DNA of 64,000 nt, from the NCBI GenBank assembly GCA_964195155.1, contig CAXMOP010000045.1, positions 23,636 to 87,635 of the forward strand, given 5' to 3'. Position 1 is the first letter of the stretch. Every line of letters begins with the position of its first letter. Shown piece by piece: positions 1-9,027 of this stretch. This stretch comes from an uncultured Kiloniellales bacterium. GTDB taxonomy: Bacteria; Actinomycetota; Acidimicrobiia; Spongiisociales; UBA5794. Both the position numbers and the translations under genes were made by a program. The notes under the pieces were generated by a model that saw only the letters and a program-made list of their open reading frames with translations, did not search any database and had not been told where the DNA came from.

Positions 1-1
1 G

Positions 2-1369
2 ATGCTCACCGGCGAGTCTCAGCCGGTGGATAAGACGGTCGGCGACGCGGTGTTCGGTGCCACGATCAACCAGCAGGGCAGGATCGAGGTCGAGATCACC
101 GGGCTCGGCGCCAACACCGCCCTGGCACAGATCCTGCGGATCGTTGAGGAGGCACAGACCTCGAAGGCGCCCGTCCAGCGGCTGGCCGACCGGGTCAGCG
201 GAGTTTTCGTGCCCACGGTCATCGGCGTCGCGGCGCTGACATTCGTCGGCTGGCTCCTCGTCACCGGGGACATCGCCGAGGCAGTACGCCCTGCGGTCGC
301 GGTGCTCATCATCGCCTGCCCGTGCGCCCTCGGTCTGGCAACGCCCACGGCCATCATGGTGGGTTCGGGCCGCGGTGCCGAGCTCGGGGTGCTGTTCAAG
401 AACGCCGAGGTGTTTGAGCGCGCCCACGACATCGACATGGCCGTCTTCGACAAGACCGGGACCCTCACCCGGGGAGCCATGACTCTTGCTGATCTTGATA
501 CCGGGGAAGATGAGGATCGATTCTTGCTGCTCATCGGCTCGGTCGAGGCCGCTTCGGAGCATCCGATCGGCAAGGCGGTTGCCCTCGGAGCCGAGGAGCG
601 TGACCTCACCCTGGTCACCCCGGAGGATTTCCGCGCGCTACGCGGGCTCGGAGTCTCCGGCCGGGTGGACGGCATCGAGGTAACGGTCGGCAAGCCGAAA
701 CTCCTTGCCGACAGAGGGCTCCAGGTTCCTGATCGATATGCGGCGTCGATGGAGCGGATGGAGGACGCCGGATACACCGCCTTCCTGGCCGGCTGGGATG
801 GTGAAGTGCGGGGTGCCCTGGCCGTTGCCGACACGGTCAGGGAAACCTCGAGCGAGGCTGTTCGCTCCCTCCGTGAACTGGACATCGGCGTCTCCATGCT
901 CACCGGAGACAACCAGCGGACCGCCAAGACGATCGCAAACAGCATCGGGATCGATTCGGTAGTCGCCGAAGTCCTTCCGGCCGACAAGGCCGAGGAGATC
1001 ATCCGCCTCCAGGCCACGGGACATTCGGTCGCTTTCGTCGGTGACGGCGTCAACGACGCACCCGCACTGGTTGCTGCGGATCTCGGGATGGCGGTCGGCT
1101 CCGGCACCGACGTTGCGATCGAGGCCGGCGACGTAGTGCTGATGTCGGGGGATCCAACGCTCGCCGTGACCGCGCTCGACCTGGCAAGAGGCACCTTCCG
1201 CACCATTCGGCAGAACTTGTTCTGGGCCTTTGCCTACAACATCGCAGCCATTCCGCTGGCGGTTCTCGGCGTACTCAACCCCATGGTCGCCGCCGCAGCG
1301 ATGGCCTTCTCATCGGTCTCGGTGGTCACCAATTCGCTGCGGCTCAGGCGATTTCAAAGTGGCCCATAG
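2..1369 (+). CDS. Heavy-metal (copper-type) translocating P-type ATPase, C-terminal fragment (5' end lies outside the window)
   Basis: CPC metal-binding TM motif (IIACPCALGLATP), phosphorylation motif DKTGTLT, hinge GDGVNDAPAL. The ORF is open at the window start. Confidence 0.85.
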   Translation: MLTGESQPVDKTVGDAVFGATINQQGRIEVEITGLGANTALAQILRIVEEAQTSKAPVQRLADRVSGVFVPTVIGVAALTFVGWLLVTGDIAEAVRPAVAVLIIACPCALGLATPTAIMVGSGRGAELGVLFKNAEVFERAHDIDMAVFDKTGTLTRGAMTLADLDTGEDEDRFLLLIGSVEAASEHPIGKAVALGAEERDLTLVTPEDFRALRGLGVSGRVDGIEVTVGKPKLLADRGLQVPDRYAASMERMEDAGYTAFLAGWDGEVRGALAVADTVRETSSEAVRSLRELDIGVSMLTGDNQRTAKTIANSIGIDSVVAEVLPADKAEEIIRLQATGHSVAFVGDGVNDAPALVAADLGMAVGSGTDVAIEAGDVVLMSGDPTLAVTALDLARGTFRTIRQNLFWAFAYNIAAIPLAVLGVLNPMVAAAAMAFSSVSVVTNSLRLRRFQSGP

Positions 1370-1476
1370 ATCGACGCCGCCTTCTCAGCAACCTGCAGGA
1401 GTCAATCTGTGGACCGCTTTACGGCTGACACGACCCGGGGCCCTCGGTACAACGCGACCTCGTTAGCCTTCGCGCC

Positions 1477-2340
1477 GTGGATGCCATACGCCGGTACACG
1501 AGACCTGCGCTTCGCAAGCCGGTGGCCATCATCGCGTTCGAGGGTTGGAGCGACGCCAGCGAAGCCGCATCGGGAGCGGTGGACCACTTGCTCGACCGAT
1601 TCAAGGTGGACGAGCCGTTTGCTGAACTCGAGCCGGAAGAGTTCTACGACTTTCAGGAACATCGGCCAACGGTTTCGATCAGCGACGGCCATGTTGACGC
1701 GATGACCTGGCCACAGGTGCAGTTCTACGCCGTGGAACGATCAGAGGCCGACCGGGACTTCATCCTGGTCACCGGGGACGAGCCAACGTTTCGGTGGAAG
1801 ACCTTCGCACGAAGCCTGACCAATGTGCTTTCCGACAGCGGTGTCGAATCGGTCATCGCGCTCGGTGCGTACATCGGACCGGTCACCCATGACACCCCGG
1901 TTCCGCTCGGTGCCGTCGCGACCGATCCCGGAATGCTCGGCAGTTCGAGCCTGGTCGGATCCGATTACCACGGCCCGACCGGGATCGTGAGCGTCCTGGC
2001 CGAGGCTTGTCGCGAGGCAGGGATACCGGCGATCAGCATTTGGGCGGCCACGCCGCACTACCTGGCAGCAAATCCCAATCCGATGGCAATGCGCGCCTTG
2101 CTCAAGGGTGCGGGCGAGATCGCAGGTTTCAACGGAGATGACGAGGAGTTGCGATTGCTCGAGGCCGATTTCGTTCAGCGGGTCGACGAGGCAGTTGAGG
2201 CCTCCTCAGAGCTCGCTGCCTACATCGAGGAATTGGCCGCCGAGACCGAAGACGCCCCCGATCAAGGACGGGGCTGGCTCGACCCCGGCCGTGGCCCCGA
2301 GCTGGTCGACGAGATCGAAGAGTTCCTCAAGGACGTGTGA
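1477..2340 (+). CDS. PAC2 (proteasome assembly chaperone-like) family protein
   Basis: N-terminal IIAFEGWSDASEAASGAV motif typical of actinobacterial PAC2-family proteins. About 287 aa. Confidence 0.5.
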   Translation: MDAIRRYTRPALRKPVAIIAFEGWSDASEAASGAVDHLLDRFKVDEPFAELEPEEFYDFQEHRPTVSISDGHVDAMTWPQVQFYAVERSEADRDFILVTGDEPTFRWKTFARSLTNVLSDSGVESVIALGAYIGPVTHDTPVPLGAVATDPGMLGSSSLVGSDYHGPTGIVSVLAEACREAGIPAISIWAATPHYLAANPNPMAMRALLKGAGEIAGFNGDDEELRLLEADFVQRVDEAVEASSELAAYIEELAAETEDAPDQGRGWLDPGRGPELVDEIEEFLKDV

Positions 2341-2443
2341 GTCCGGGTGGGACCGAGCCGCTGCTAGAACCTGACTCAACGCCAGGGACTGATACGAATC
2401 CCTAGTCTGTCATCCGCTCACGCCTAAGAGGGAAGACGGCAGC

Positions 2444-3292
2444 ATGAATCGCCCCCCGGCGCCAATGGACAAGCCGCTGACGTACCCCGGGCACACTCGA
2501 CCTGGCTCCTACCTCTTTGATGGACATGGCTCGCCAGATCTCGACATATCGGCGGGCCGACGCCTGGGCCAGGCACGCATCCGGTGGGCGCAAGAGACCG
2601 TCGGTGGTGAGCCAACGTATGTCAATCTGAACAGATACCTGCTCGAGGTAAACGCCATCACTGTGGACCACCGATTCCCGGTCATGGCCTTTGGCTCCAA
2701 CGCCAGCGAGGCCCAGCTCGAAAAGAAGTTCGTGGGCGAGCCGACCGTGATCCCGGTCATTGGCGCATCGGTGAGAGGCTTGGCGGTGGCCTACTCTGCG
2801 CACGTCGCCGACTATGGCTCAGTTCCGGCCACGCTCTATTCAATGCCCGACATGACATCACCGGTACATGTCATGTTCGTAGACGAGGGTCAAATGGCCA
2901 CTCTGGTCAAATCCGAGAAGAATTACGACCTCCGCTGGCTCGACGGCGACACGTACCCGCTCACGCTCGATGCTTCCGGGGAAGTCCTGGACGGATGCTA
3001 TGCGTTTGTCTCGAAGCATGGGGTTTTGAACCTGGGCGGTCAGCCCACGCTCATGTCCGGAATCGATGTTGGTTCCACCAATCTTCCCGACGAGAACCAA
3101 GCGGCAATTCTCGAAGAGGTGTTGAAGCGATGGAACAAGTCTCACGACCCGCAGATCGACGACGTCAGGTCTTTCAGCAACGCAATCCGTGAGGGTCGTC
3201 TTGACGCATCCCAAGTCACTAGTTGGCTCGTCGACAACTTTTCGCTCAACGCCAAGCTTGGATCATCTTCAAGGGCCTCAGAGATCGCTTAG
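2444..3292 (+). CDS. Hypothetical protein, possibly GGACT / gamma-glutamyl cyclotransferase-like fold
   Basis: RBS-like aagagggaag precedes the ATG. MAFGSNASEAQLEKKF resembles the YxxYGSN motif of AIG2/GGCT-like proteins. No other recognisable motifs. Confidence 0.35.
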   Translation: MNRPPAPMDKPLTYPGHTRPGSYLFDGHGSPDLDISAGRRLGQARIRWAQETVGGEPTYVNLNRYLLEVNAITVDHRFPVMAFGSNASEAQLEKKFVGEPTVIPVIGASVRGLAVAYSAHVADYGSVPATLYSMPDMTSPVHVMFVDEGQMATLVKSEKNYDLRWLDGDTYPLTLDASGEVLDGCYAFVSKHGVLNLGGQPTLMSGIDVGSTNLPDENQAAILEEVLKRWNKSHDPQIDDVRSFSNAIREGRLDASQVTSWLVDNFSLNAKLGSSSRASEIA

Positions 3293-3316
3293 GGGATTGG
3301 ATCGCCGCCAGCGCAC

Positions 3317-3754
3317 ATGGATCGGTTTCGTACCATCAAGGGGGGCATGCTCATCGCCTTTGTTATTGGGATGATCGATGCCCTGGTCATCTGGACCATC
3401 GCCAACCTGTTCGACGTGACCATCCTCCTCCCCGAGAGCCCCGGCTCGGAAACGCTCACCGAGCTCACGATCCCACCCGTGCTGTTCATCATCGGGCTGT
3501 CATCGGTGCTCGCCGGGATCCTCCTGTGGGTGTTGCAACGTTTCGTCCCGGACCGCGCCCTGATCATCTTCCAGATCGTCGCGGTGATCGCGCTGGCCCT
3601 GTCCCTGGTCCTCCCGTTTACCCTCGACCAACCGATCGAGGGCCAGCTTGCCCTCCTGACGATGCATCTGCTGGTGGGGTCGGCGATCATCGCCACCTTC
3701 ACCTGGGTCGCGATGAAACCGCGGCTACGCCCCCAGGACCCTGTCGAGAACTGA
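3317..3754 (+). CDS. Hypothetical integral membrane protein (4 predicted TM helices)
   Basis: Hydrophobic stretches IAFVIGMIDALVIW, VLFIIGLSSVLAGILLW, IVAVIALALSLVLPF and LLVGSAIIATFTWVA. Confidence 0.5.
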   Translation: MDRFRTIKGGMLIAFVIGMIDALVIWTIANLFDVTILLPESPGSETLTELTIPPVLFIIGLSSVLAGILLWVLQRFVPDRALIIFQIVAVIALALSLVLPFTLDQPIEGQLALLTMHLLVGSAIIATFTWVAMKPRLRPQDPVEN

Positions 3755-4870
3755 GAACAGGCGATCGACATCCGATTCGTCGCTGTAGACGTGGGGTGAG
3801 ACCCGGATCGAGTCGCCGCGAACGCTGACGAACACCCGCGCCTCTGCGAGCGCGGCGGACAGGCCGAGAGGCCACCCGCTTGCCGCGCGCATACCGATCA
3901 TGTGGGGTGCTCGATCGGTGCGCGCGATGGCTCGCAAACCTCGGGCGGTCGCCCGCTCTTCGATCGCCCCGGTCAAGCCTTGCAGCGCGGCAGCCACATC
4001 GGGGATCCCCCAGTCGAGGACTTGCTCGAGGGCAGCTATTGCCATCGGCACGAGCTGGAAACTGCTCCGCTCGCCGACGTCGAAACGACGTGCCCCCGGC
4101 GCGTAGTCGTCCTGGTAGTCGACGAGCCGGGTGAAGTCATCCGCGCCCTTTCTGACGATCCACCCCTGCTCGAGCGGCGTTCCCTCGCGATGCTGCGGCG
4201 CCATCCAGAGATAGCCGAGGCCGAACGGTCCGAGCAGCCATTTGTATCCGACTGCGTAGACAAAGTCGGGTTTGATGACGCCGGTGTCGAACGGCATGGC
4301 GCCGAGTGATTGCGATGCATCGACCACCAGCGCCGCTCCCACCGCTCGCGCGGCCCGGCCGACCGCCTCGAGGTCGACCAGGCTCCCATCGGTCCAGTGA
4401 CAGTTCGGGACGGTGACTACCGCAGTCCTGTCGTCGATAGTCTCGAGCAGCGCCTCGGTCCACGACCCCTCCGCCGGGCGCGGCACCGTCACGAGCCTTC
4501 CCCCGCCAAGATCCAGTGCCGACCGCCATGGGTACACATTCGAGGGAAACTGGTCCTCGATGACGATCACGGTCCTCCCTGGGCCAACCTCTAGGTTGGC
4601 GGTGGCGATGCCCGCGCCATACGACACCGAAGGAATGATCGCCACGCCGTCGACGTCCGCCCCGATGATCGCCGCAAAGCGCTCGCGCAGACGTTCGACC
4701 GGGGAAAAGAAGTCGTCGGTCACGATAGTCCAGGGAGCATCCGCCTGATCGAGCGCCCGCTGCGCGGCCCGGCGCCGCGAGCGGAGCTGGGGCGTCAGGT
4801 ACGACGCGTTGAGATACGTGACATCATCCGGAATGTCGAATAGGTAGCGCTGTGGTCCGGTGATCGCCAT
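3725..4870 (-). CDS. Aminotransferase class V family protein (cysteine desulfurase/epimerase-like)
   Basis: Length 381 aa. Fold-type I PLP features include a DASQSLG-like segment and an aminotransferase-V-like N-terminus. Confidence 0.7.
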   Translation of the reverse strand: MAITGPQRYLFDIPDDVTYLNASYLTPQLRSRRRAAQRALDQADAPWTIVTDDFFSPVERLRERFAAIIGADVDGVAIIPSVSYGAGIATANLEVGPGRTVIVIEDQFPSNVYPWRSALDLGGGRLVTVPRPAEGSWTEALLETIDDRTAVVTVPNCHWTDGSLVDLEAVGRAARAVGAALVVDASQSLGAMPFDTGVIKPDFVYAVGYKWLLGPFGLGYLWMAPQHREGTPLEQGWIVRKGADDFTRLVDYQDDYAPGARRFDVGERSSFQLVPMAIAALEQVLDWGIPDVAAALQGLTGAIEERATARGLRAIARTDRAPHMIGMRAASGWPLGLSAALAEARVFVSVRGDSIRVSPHVYSDESDVDRLFSVLDRVLGA

Positions 4871-4912
4871 CGGAATGCCACCACACGCCGTGAAGCGAGT
4901 GGTGCTGAGCAG

Positions 4913-5005
4913 CTACTTCTTCCGCTTGTGCCGGTTGGCTTTCACACGCTTGCGGTACTTGTGCTTGCTCATCTTTTTCCGTCGCTTCTTGATCACCGAG
5001 CCCAT
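4913..5005 (-). CDS. Ribosomal protein bS22-like (30-aa highly basic peptide, mycobacterial-type)
   Basis: The minus-strand ORF encodes MGSVIKKRRKKMSKHKYRKRVKANRHKRKK, with GAGG about 9 nt upstream of the ATG. It closely resembles the ~33-aa bS22 of mycobacterial ribosomes (MGSVIKKRRK...). The ORF track missed it because it is under 60 aa. Confidence 0.55.
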   Translation of the reverse strand: MGSVIKKRRKKMSKHKYRKRVKANRHKRKK

Positions 5006-5106
5006 GCAGGCATACCTCACTTGATTGCAGAATCGCAGTTGAGGTTAGGCATGAACGCAAACACACGACAGTCTGCTGAGGACGGCCTACCCCTATCATT
5101 CTCGCC

Positions 5107-5844
5107 ATGAAACCCGTGATCGGCATCACCGCGCAGCCAGAGTCGGTCGAAAATGCCAGCGGGCCCCTCGACTCGCACCTCATCGGCCACACCTACACCG
5201 ATTCGGTGCTGCGCGCCGGCGGAATTCCTGTGACGCTGATTCCCGTTCCAACCCAGGACATCGCCCAGGTGCTCGATACCATCGACGGCCTCGTCCTGTC
5301 GGGCGGGGGCGACGTGGACCCCTATCGCTACGGTCACGAGCGGCACGACACGACATCGAGGACCAACTTCGATCGAGATGAATTCGAGCTCGAGCTCATC
5401 AAAGCGGCCCGCGCCCGGAGCATGCCGGTTCTGGCGATCTGTCGGGGGGTCCAGGTCGTGAACGTCGCCTTCGGTGGCAGCCTCATCCAGGACATCCCAA
5501 CGGCGATCGGGTCCAAGGACCACGACGTCATGGGACAAGCCGTTTACGAAGGGCATCAGCCGGTGACGATCGCCGCCGACTCCAAGATCGCCAAGGCAAC
5601 CGGTGAAACTTCAATGCTGGTCAACTCGATCCACCATCAAGCGATCGACCAGCTGGCCGACGGTTTTCGCCCGGTGGCATGGGCCGAAGACGGCATCGTC
5701 GAAGGGATCGAACACGAGGACGAAGGCTGGGAGCTGCTCGGCGTCCAATGGCACCCGGAGTTTCTCGGCGACAACTCCGACGAACCCTCCCAACTGCTGT
5801 TCGACACCCTGGTCAAGAACGCGCACGGCCACGCTGGGTCCTGA
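5107..5844 (+). CDS. Gamma-glutamyl-GABA hydrolase-like class I glutamine amidotransferase (peptidase C26 family)
   Basis: The catalytic Cys sits in the AICRGVQVVN context, and the HHQAI His motif is present. The N-terminus MKPVIGIT matches the family start. Confidence 0.8.
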   Translation: MKPVIGITAQPESVENASGPLDSHLIGHTYTDSVLRAGGIPVTLIPVPTQDIAQVLDTIDGLVLSGGGDVDPYRYGHERHDTTSRTNFDRDEFELELIKAARARSMPVLAICRGVQVVNVAFGGSLIQDIPTAIGSKDHDVMGQAVYEGHQPVTIAADSKIAKATGETSMLVNSIHHQAIDQLADGFRPVAWAEDGIVEGIEHEDEGWELLGVQWHPEFLGDNSDEPSQLLFDTLVKNAHGHAGS

Positions 5845-5847
5845 TCC

Positions 5848-6279
5848 TTGGCGACCGTCCTCTTCGTCTGCACCGGCAACATCTGTCGGTCGCCGATGGC
5901 CGAGTACCTGGCCCGGGCGCTGGCCCGGGACGATGAGATCAGCTTCGCATCTGCCGGCACGAACACCCATTCGCGCATCGAGCCCTCCGACGGAACCCGG
6001 CAGGTGATGAAGGAGATCGGCATCGATCTCGGCGATCACCGCTCGCAGCCGGTGTGGGAGGTCGGGGCCGACGCCGATGTGATCTACGCGCTCTCTCAGG
6101 AGCATCTGGACGCGATGGCGTCGCAGTGGCCCGACCGGGCCGATGACATTCACCTGCTCCGGCTCGACGGGGCTTCGATCGCCGATCCATACGGTCTGGA
6201 CCTGGAGTCGTATCGGAAAGCCAGAGACCAGATCGAGGTCGCGATCAATGAGCGGGCCGCGACAGGCTGGGATCGATAG
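5848..6279 (+). CDS. Low-molecular-weight protein-tyrosine phosphatase / arsenate reductase family
   Basis: P-loop VLFVCTGNICRSPMAEY (CX5R) and the conserved DPY motif near the C-terminus. Confidence 0.8.
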   Translation: MATVLFVCTGNICRSPMAEYLARALARDDEISFASAGTNTHSRIEPSDGTRQVMKEIGIDLGDHRSQPVWEVGADADVIYALSQEHLDAMASQWPDRADDIHLLRLDGASIADPYGLDLESYRKARDQIEVAINERAATGWDR

Positions 6280-6323
6280 CAGAGCCAGCATCGGCCGAAC
6301 CTGCCCGGTATCGTCAACAGTGC

Positions 6324-7106
6324 ATGAAGCCGGTGCTCTTCGAGGTTCTCGGGTGGGGGGTGCCGACCCATGAGTTTTTCATCGGTATTGGCGTCGCGGT
6401 CGCGGCCCTCATCTATTTCCTGGAGGCCCGCCGCAAGGGTCAACTCGGTGAGCAGACCGCCTGGATCGCCGTCGGTGCACTGATCGGCGGAGCCATCCTG
6501 GCCAAGGTGGGCTCGGCCTGGCGTTTCGTCGGTTCCGGTGCCACCGTCGAGGAGCTCTTCCTCTTTGGCGGGCGTTCCATCCTCGGCGGGCTCGCCGGCG
6601 CATACATCGGGGCCGTTATCGCCAAACGGCTCGTCGGCTACCGGCGGAGTACCGGGGATCTGTTCGCACCCGCGGTAGCGATTGGCCTCGCCATTGGAAG
6701 AATCGGTTGCTTTCTCACAGAACAAGTCGGAACACCGACGACCATGCCGTGGGGCGTCACCGTGTCCGCCGAAGCAGCAGCTTCGATCCAGAACTGCCCA
6801 CAGTGCCTCACCGGCGAGGCGATGCACCCCTCCTTTCTGTACGAGATCGCCTTTATGGCCATCGCCTTTGCCGTGTTGTGGTGGGGGAGGGACCGGCTCG
6901 CCGCCGGGCTGAGCTTCAAGCTGTTCCTGCTCGGCTACGGCCTGCTCCGATTCGGATTGGAGTTCGTCCGCGGCAATCCAGACATGGCGTTTGGCCTGTC
7001 GGGATCACAGATCTTCCTGCTCCTCACCATCCCGCTGCTGATCGTCCATGTCGCACGTCTGAGCTACCAAGAACGGAGAATCGCGATGTCTGGAGCCCAC
7101 GCATGA
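6324..7106 (+). CDS. lgt: Prolipoprotein diacylglyceryl transferase (Lgt)-like membrane protein
   Basis: Seven-TM profile. The LIGGAILAKVGS and GRIGCFLTEQ segments resemble the Lgt signature G-R-x-G-N-F-x-N-x-E. Its stop overlaps the next ORF's start (ATGA). Confidence 0.5.
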   Translation: MKPVLFEVLGWGVPTHEFFIGIGVAVAALIYFLEARRKGQLGEQTAWIAVGALIGGAILAKVGSAWRFVGSGATVEELFLFGGRSILGGLAGAYIGAVIAKRLVGYRRSTGDLFAPAVAIGLAIGRIGCFLTEQVGTPTTMPWGVTVSAEAAASIQNCPQCLTGEAMHPSFLYEIAFMAIAFAVLWWGRDRLAAGLSFKLFLLGYGLLRFGLEFVRGNPDMAFGLSGSQIFLLLTIPLLIVHVARLSYQERRIAMSGAHA

Positions 7107-7447
7107 CCGAGGAAGGCACACCGATCGAAGACGGCGACGAATTCTTCGGGTCACAGGAACCGGATGAGCCGAAACCCAGCAAGGGCCTTGGCTGCTTCTA
7201 CGGCGGCCTCGCCGTGGTTGGCACGTTCATCGGCGGCAACATTCTCGTCGGGTTGCTCTTCGCGGCGATCGGCGACATCGGGGGCGCAGGTGCGATCTTC
7301 GGATTCATACCGCTCGGCCTCCTCATCGCAGCCGGTGTGTATTGGCGAAAGATCCCGGGCTTCCTGCTCGGAATTGGGCTCACCATCGGGATCAGCCTCG
7401 CTCTGGTGACGGCATGCACGGCGGTCCTCTTCACGAACCTGGGATAA
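7103..7447 (+). CDS. Small Gly-rich integral membrane protein (114 aa), hypothetical
   Basis: ATGA overlap with the lgt stop. Gly-zipper TM segments GGLAVVGTFIGGNILVGLLFAAIGDIGGAGAIFGF. Its stop lies 2 nt before the radical SAM ATG. Confidence 0.5.
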   Translation: MTEEGTPIEDGDEFFGSQEPDEPKPSKGLGCFYGGLAVVGTFIGGNILVGLLFAAIGDIGGAGAIFGFIPLGLLIAAGVYWRKIPGFLLGIGLTIGISLALVTACTAVLFTNLG

Positions 7448-7449
7448 CG

Positions 7450-9027
7450 ATGACCACCGGGATGCCGACCAGAGAAGACCGGATCATGCGATACGTCAAT
7501 GCGTTCTGCCCCCACTGTCACGACGAATATCCGGATCGGCCGCTCGATGAGGTGAGCCGCCTCTCCGGATACCTCAGCGTGGCAGAAGACCAGGTCTGGC
7601 TGGTGCGGGGATGCCCGGAGCACGGCAAGGTCGTCACCCTGTACGACGAGGACCCGGAGATCCTCGAGTACCTCGAGCAGTGGACCGCGCCCACCAAATA
7701 CCACATCCCGGACACACCGGGGAACTACGACCCGGTGCCGTCGGCATATCTGCGTGGTCTCGGCGAAATCCAGACCCAGCACACCTGCATCCTCCTCGAA
7801 GACGTCACCCAGGAGTGCAATCTGCGTTGCCCGACCTGTTTTGCCGACTCGTCGCCACAGCTATCGGGGGTGGTAGCGGTGGAAGACATTCTCGCCAACA
7901 TCGACCAACGGATCGGCCGCGAAGCGGGCAGGATTGATGTGCTGATGATCTCAGGCGGGGAGCCGACCATCCACCCCGATTTCATCGCCTTGCTCGATCG
8001 CGTCACCGAGCGGAACATCACCCGCATCGTCGTCAACACCAACGGCATCACGATCAGCCGCGACGATGAGCTCCTCGATGCATTCCACCGCCACAGGGAG
8101 CAAGTCGAGGTCTATCTCCAGTTCGACGGATTTCGCAGGGAGACCTACCTGCACCATCGCAACGCCGATCTGCGGACCATGAAGGAACGTGCGGTTGAAC
8201 GGATGCGCGACGCCGGCGTGTTCATGACGCTCACTATGACCGCTGCGCTCGGAGTCAATGACGACGAGATCGGCGACGTCGTCAGCTACGCCATGGAGAC
8301 GCCATACATCGGCGGGGTGTCGATCCAGCCACAGTTTGGCTCCGGTCGCTCCGGTGCCATCAATCCCCTGGAGCGACTCACCCATACCGGCGTGCTGAAG
8401 CGCCTCGGGCCCCAAACCGGCGGGATCGTCAAGTGGGATGACCTCACCGCGCTTCCGTGCTCACATCCGCACTGTTGCAGCGTCGGCTACATGATCCAGA
8501 AGGACGATGGCGAATGGCAGTCGCTGATCGGGATGATCGGCCACGAGCGGGCGAAACAACACCTCGATCTCGTGGCGAATCGGATCGCCGACGACGACCT
8601 GCCCAAGGAGGTCCGGAATGCGGTCAAGGCCTCGCTGCTCGGCCTGCTGTCGGAACAATCGTCACTCAGCCACCCCACCGTGGGGGATCTCATCCGCACC
8701 GTGTGCGAGAGCTGCGACCTCGGGGTGAGCTCGCTTTTGAGCATCGCGGCCGATGCCGGGCGAAACGGCAGCAAGCTCCGCGAGACCCTGGCGACCAGGG
8801 TCAAACGGATCACGGTCAAGCCGTTCATGGACATGAACACGATGATCGAAGAGCGCTTGATCCAATGCTGCGTGCACGTCGGCACCAAGAGCGAGGCTGA
8901 CCTCGATCAGTGCGCACCATTCTGTGCGGTGCAGGCGTGGGCTCCGCTCGGGCGCCAGAAACTGTCGGAAGTCGCGGGTAGCCGGCTCGGGTCGGTGCCC
9001 CTCACCCTGGAAAGGGCAACGATATGA
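7450..9027 (+). CDS. Radical SAM domain protein with N-terminal zinc-ribbon and Cys-rich C-terminal domain
   Basis: CxxxCxxC radical SAM motif (ECNLRCPTCFAD) with a downstream GGEPT SAM-binding motif. The N-terminus carries CPHCHDEY...GCPEHG (zinc-ribbon/rubredoxin-like). The C-terminal Cys clusters are CSHPHCC, CESCDLG and QCCVHVG...QCAPFC. The start is set at the ATG at 7450, directly after the upstream stop, rather than the track's in-frame 7342. Confidence 0.8.
   Translation: MTTGMPTREDRIMRYVNAFCPHCHDEYPDRPLDEVSRLSGYLSVAEDQVWLVRGCPEHGKVVTLYDEDPEILEYLEQWTAPTKYHIPDTPGNYDPVPSAYLRGLGEIQTQHTCILLEDVTQECNLRCPTCFADSSPQLSGVVAVEDILANIDQRIGREAGRIDVLMISGGEPTIHPDFIALLDRVTERNITRIVVNTNGITISRDDELLDAFHRHREQVEVYLQFDGFRRETYLHHRNADLRTMKERAVERMRDAGVFMTLTMTAALGVNDDEIGDVVSYAMETPYIGGVSIQPQFGSGRSGAINPLERLTHTGVLKRLGPQTGGIVKWDDLTALPCSHPHCCSVGYMIQKDDGEWQSLIGMIGHERAKQHLDLVANRIADDDLPKEVRNAVKASLLGLLSEQSSLSHPTVGDLIRTVCESCDLGVSSLLSIAADAGRNGSKLRETLATRVKRITVKPFMDMNTMIEERLIQCCVHVGTKSEADLDQCAPFCAVQAWAPLGRQKLSEVAGSRLGSVPLTLERATI

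Noticed and set aside
19-1206. 395-aa minus-strand ORF antisense to the P-type ATPase
   Set aside because: It is Ser/Ala/Arg/Pro-rich low-complexity translation typical of antisense frames in high-GC DNA, and it is fully overlapped by a gene with strong motif support.
3223-3828. 201-aa plus-strand ORF overlapping the membrane protein at 3317-3754 in another frame
   Set aside because: The alternative frame (3317..3754) gives a coherent 4-TM hydrophobic protein. This frame is Arg/Pro/His-rich.
6707-7447. 246-aa ORF as given in the track
   Set aside because: Only the last 114 codons (from ATG 7103, coupled to the lgt stop) look coding. The upstream part overlaps the Lgt-like gene out of frame.
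7342-7449. Upstream in-frame extension of the radical SAM ORF
   Set aside because: It would overlap the preceding membrane-protein gene by >100 nt. The ATG at 7450 directly follows that gene's stop and precedes the zinc-ribbon motif.
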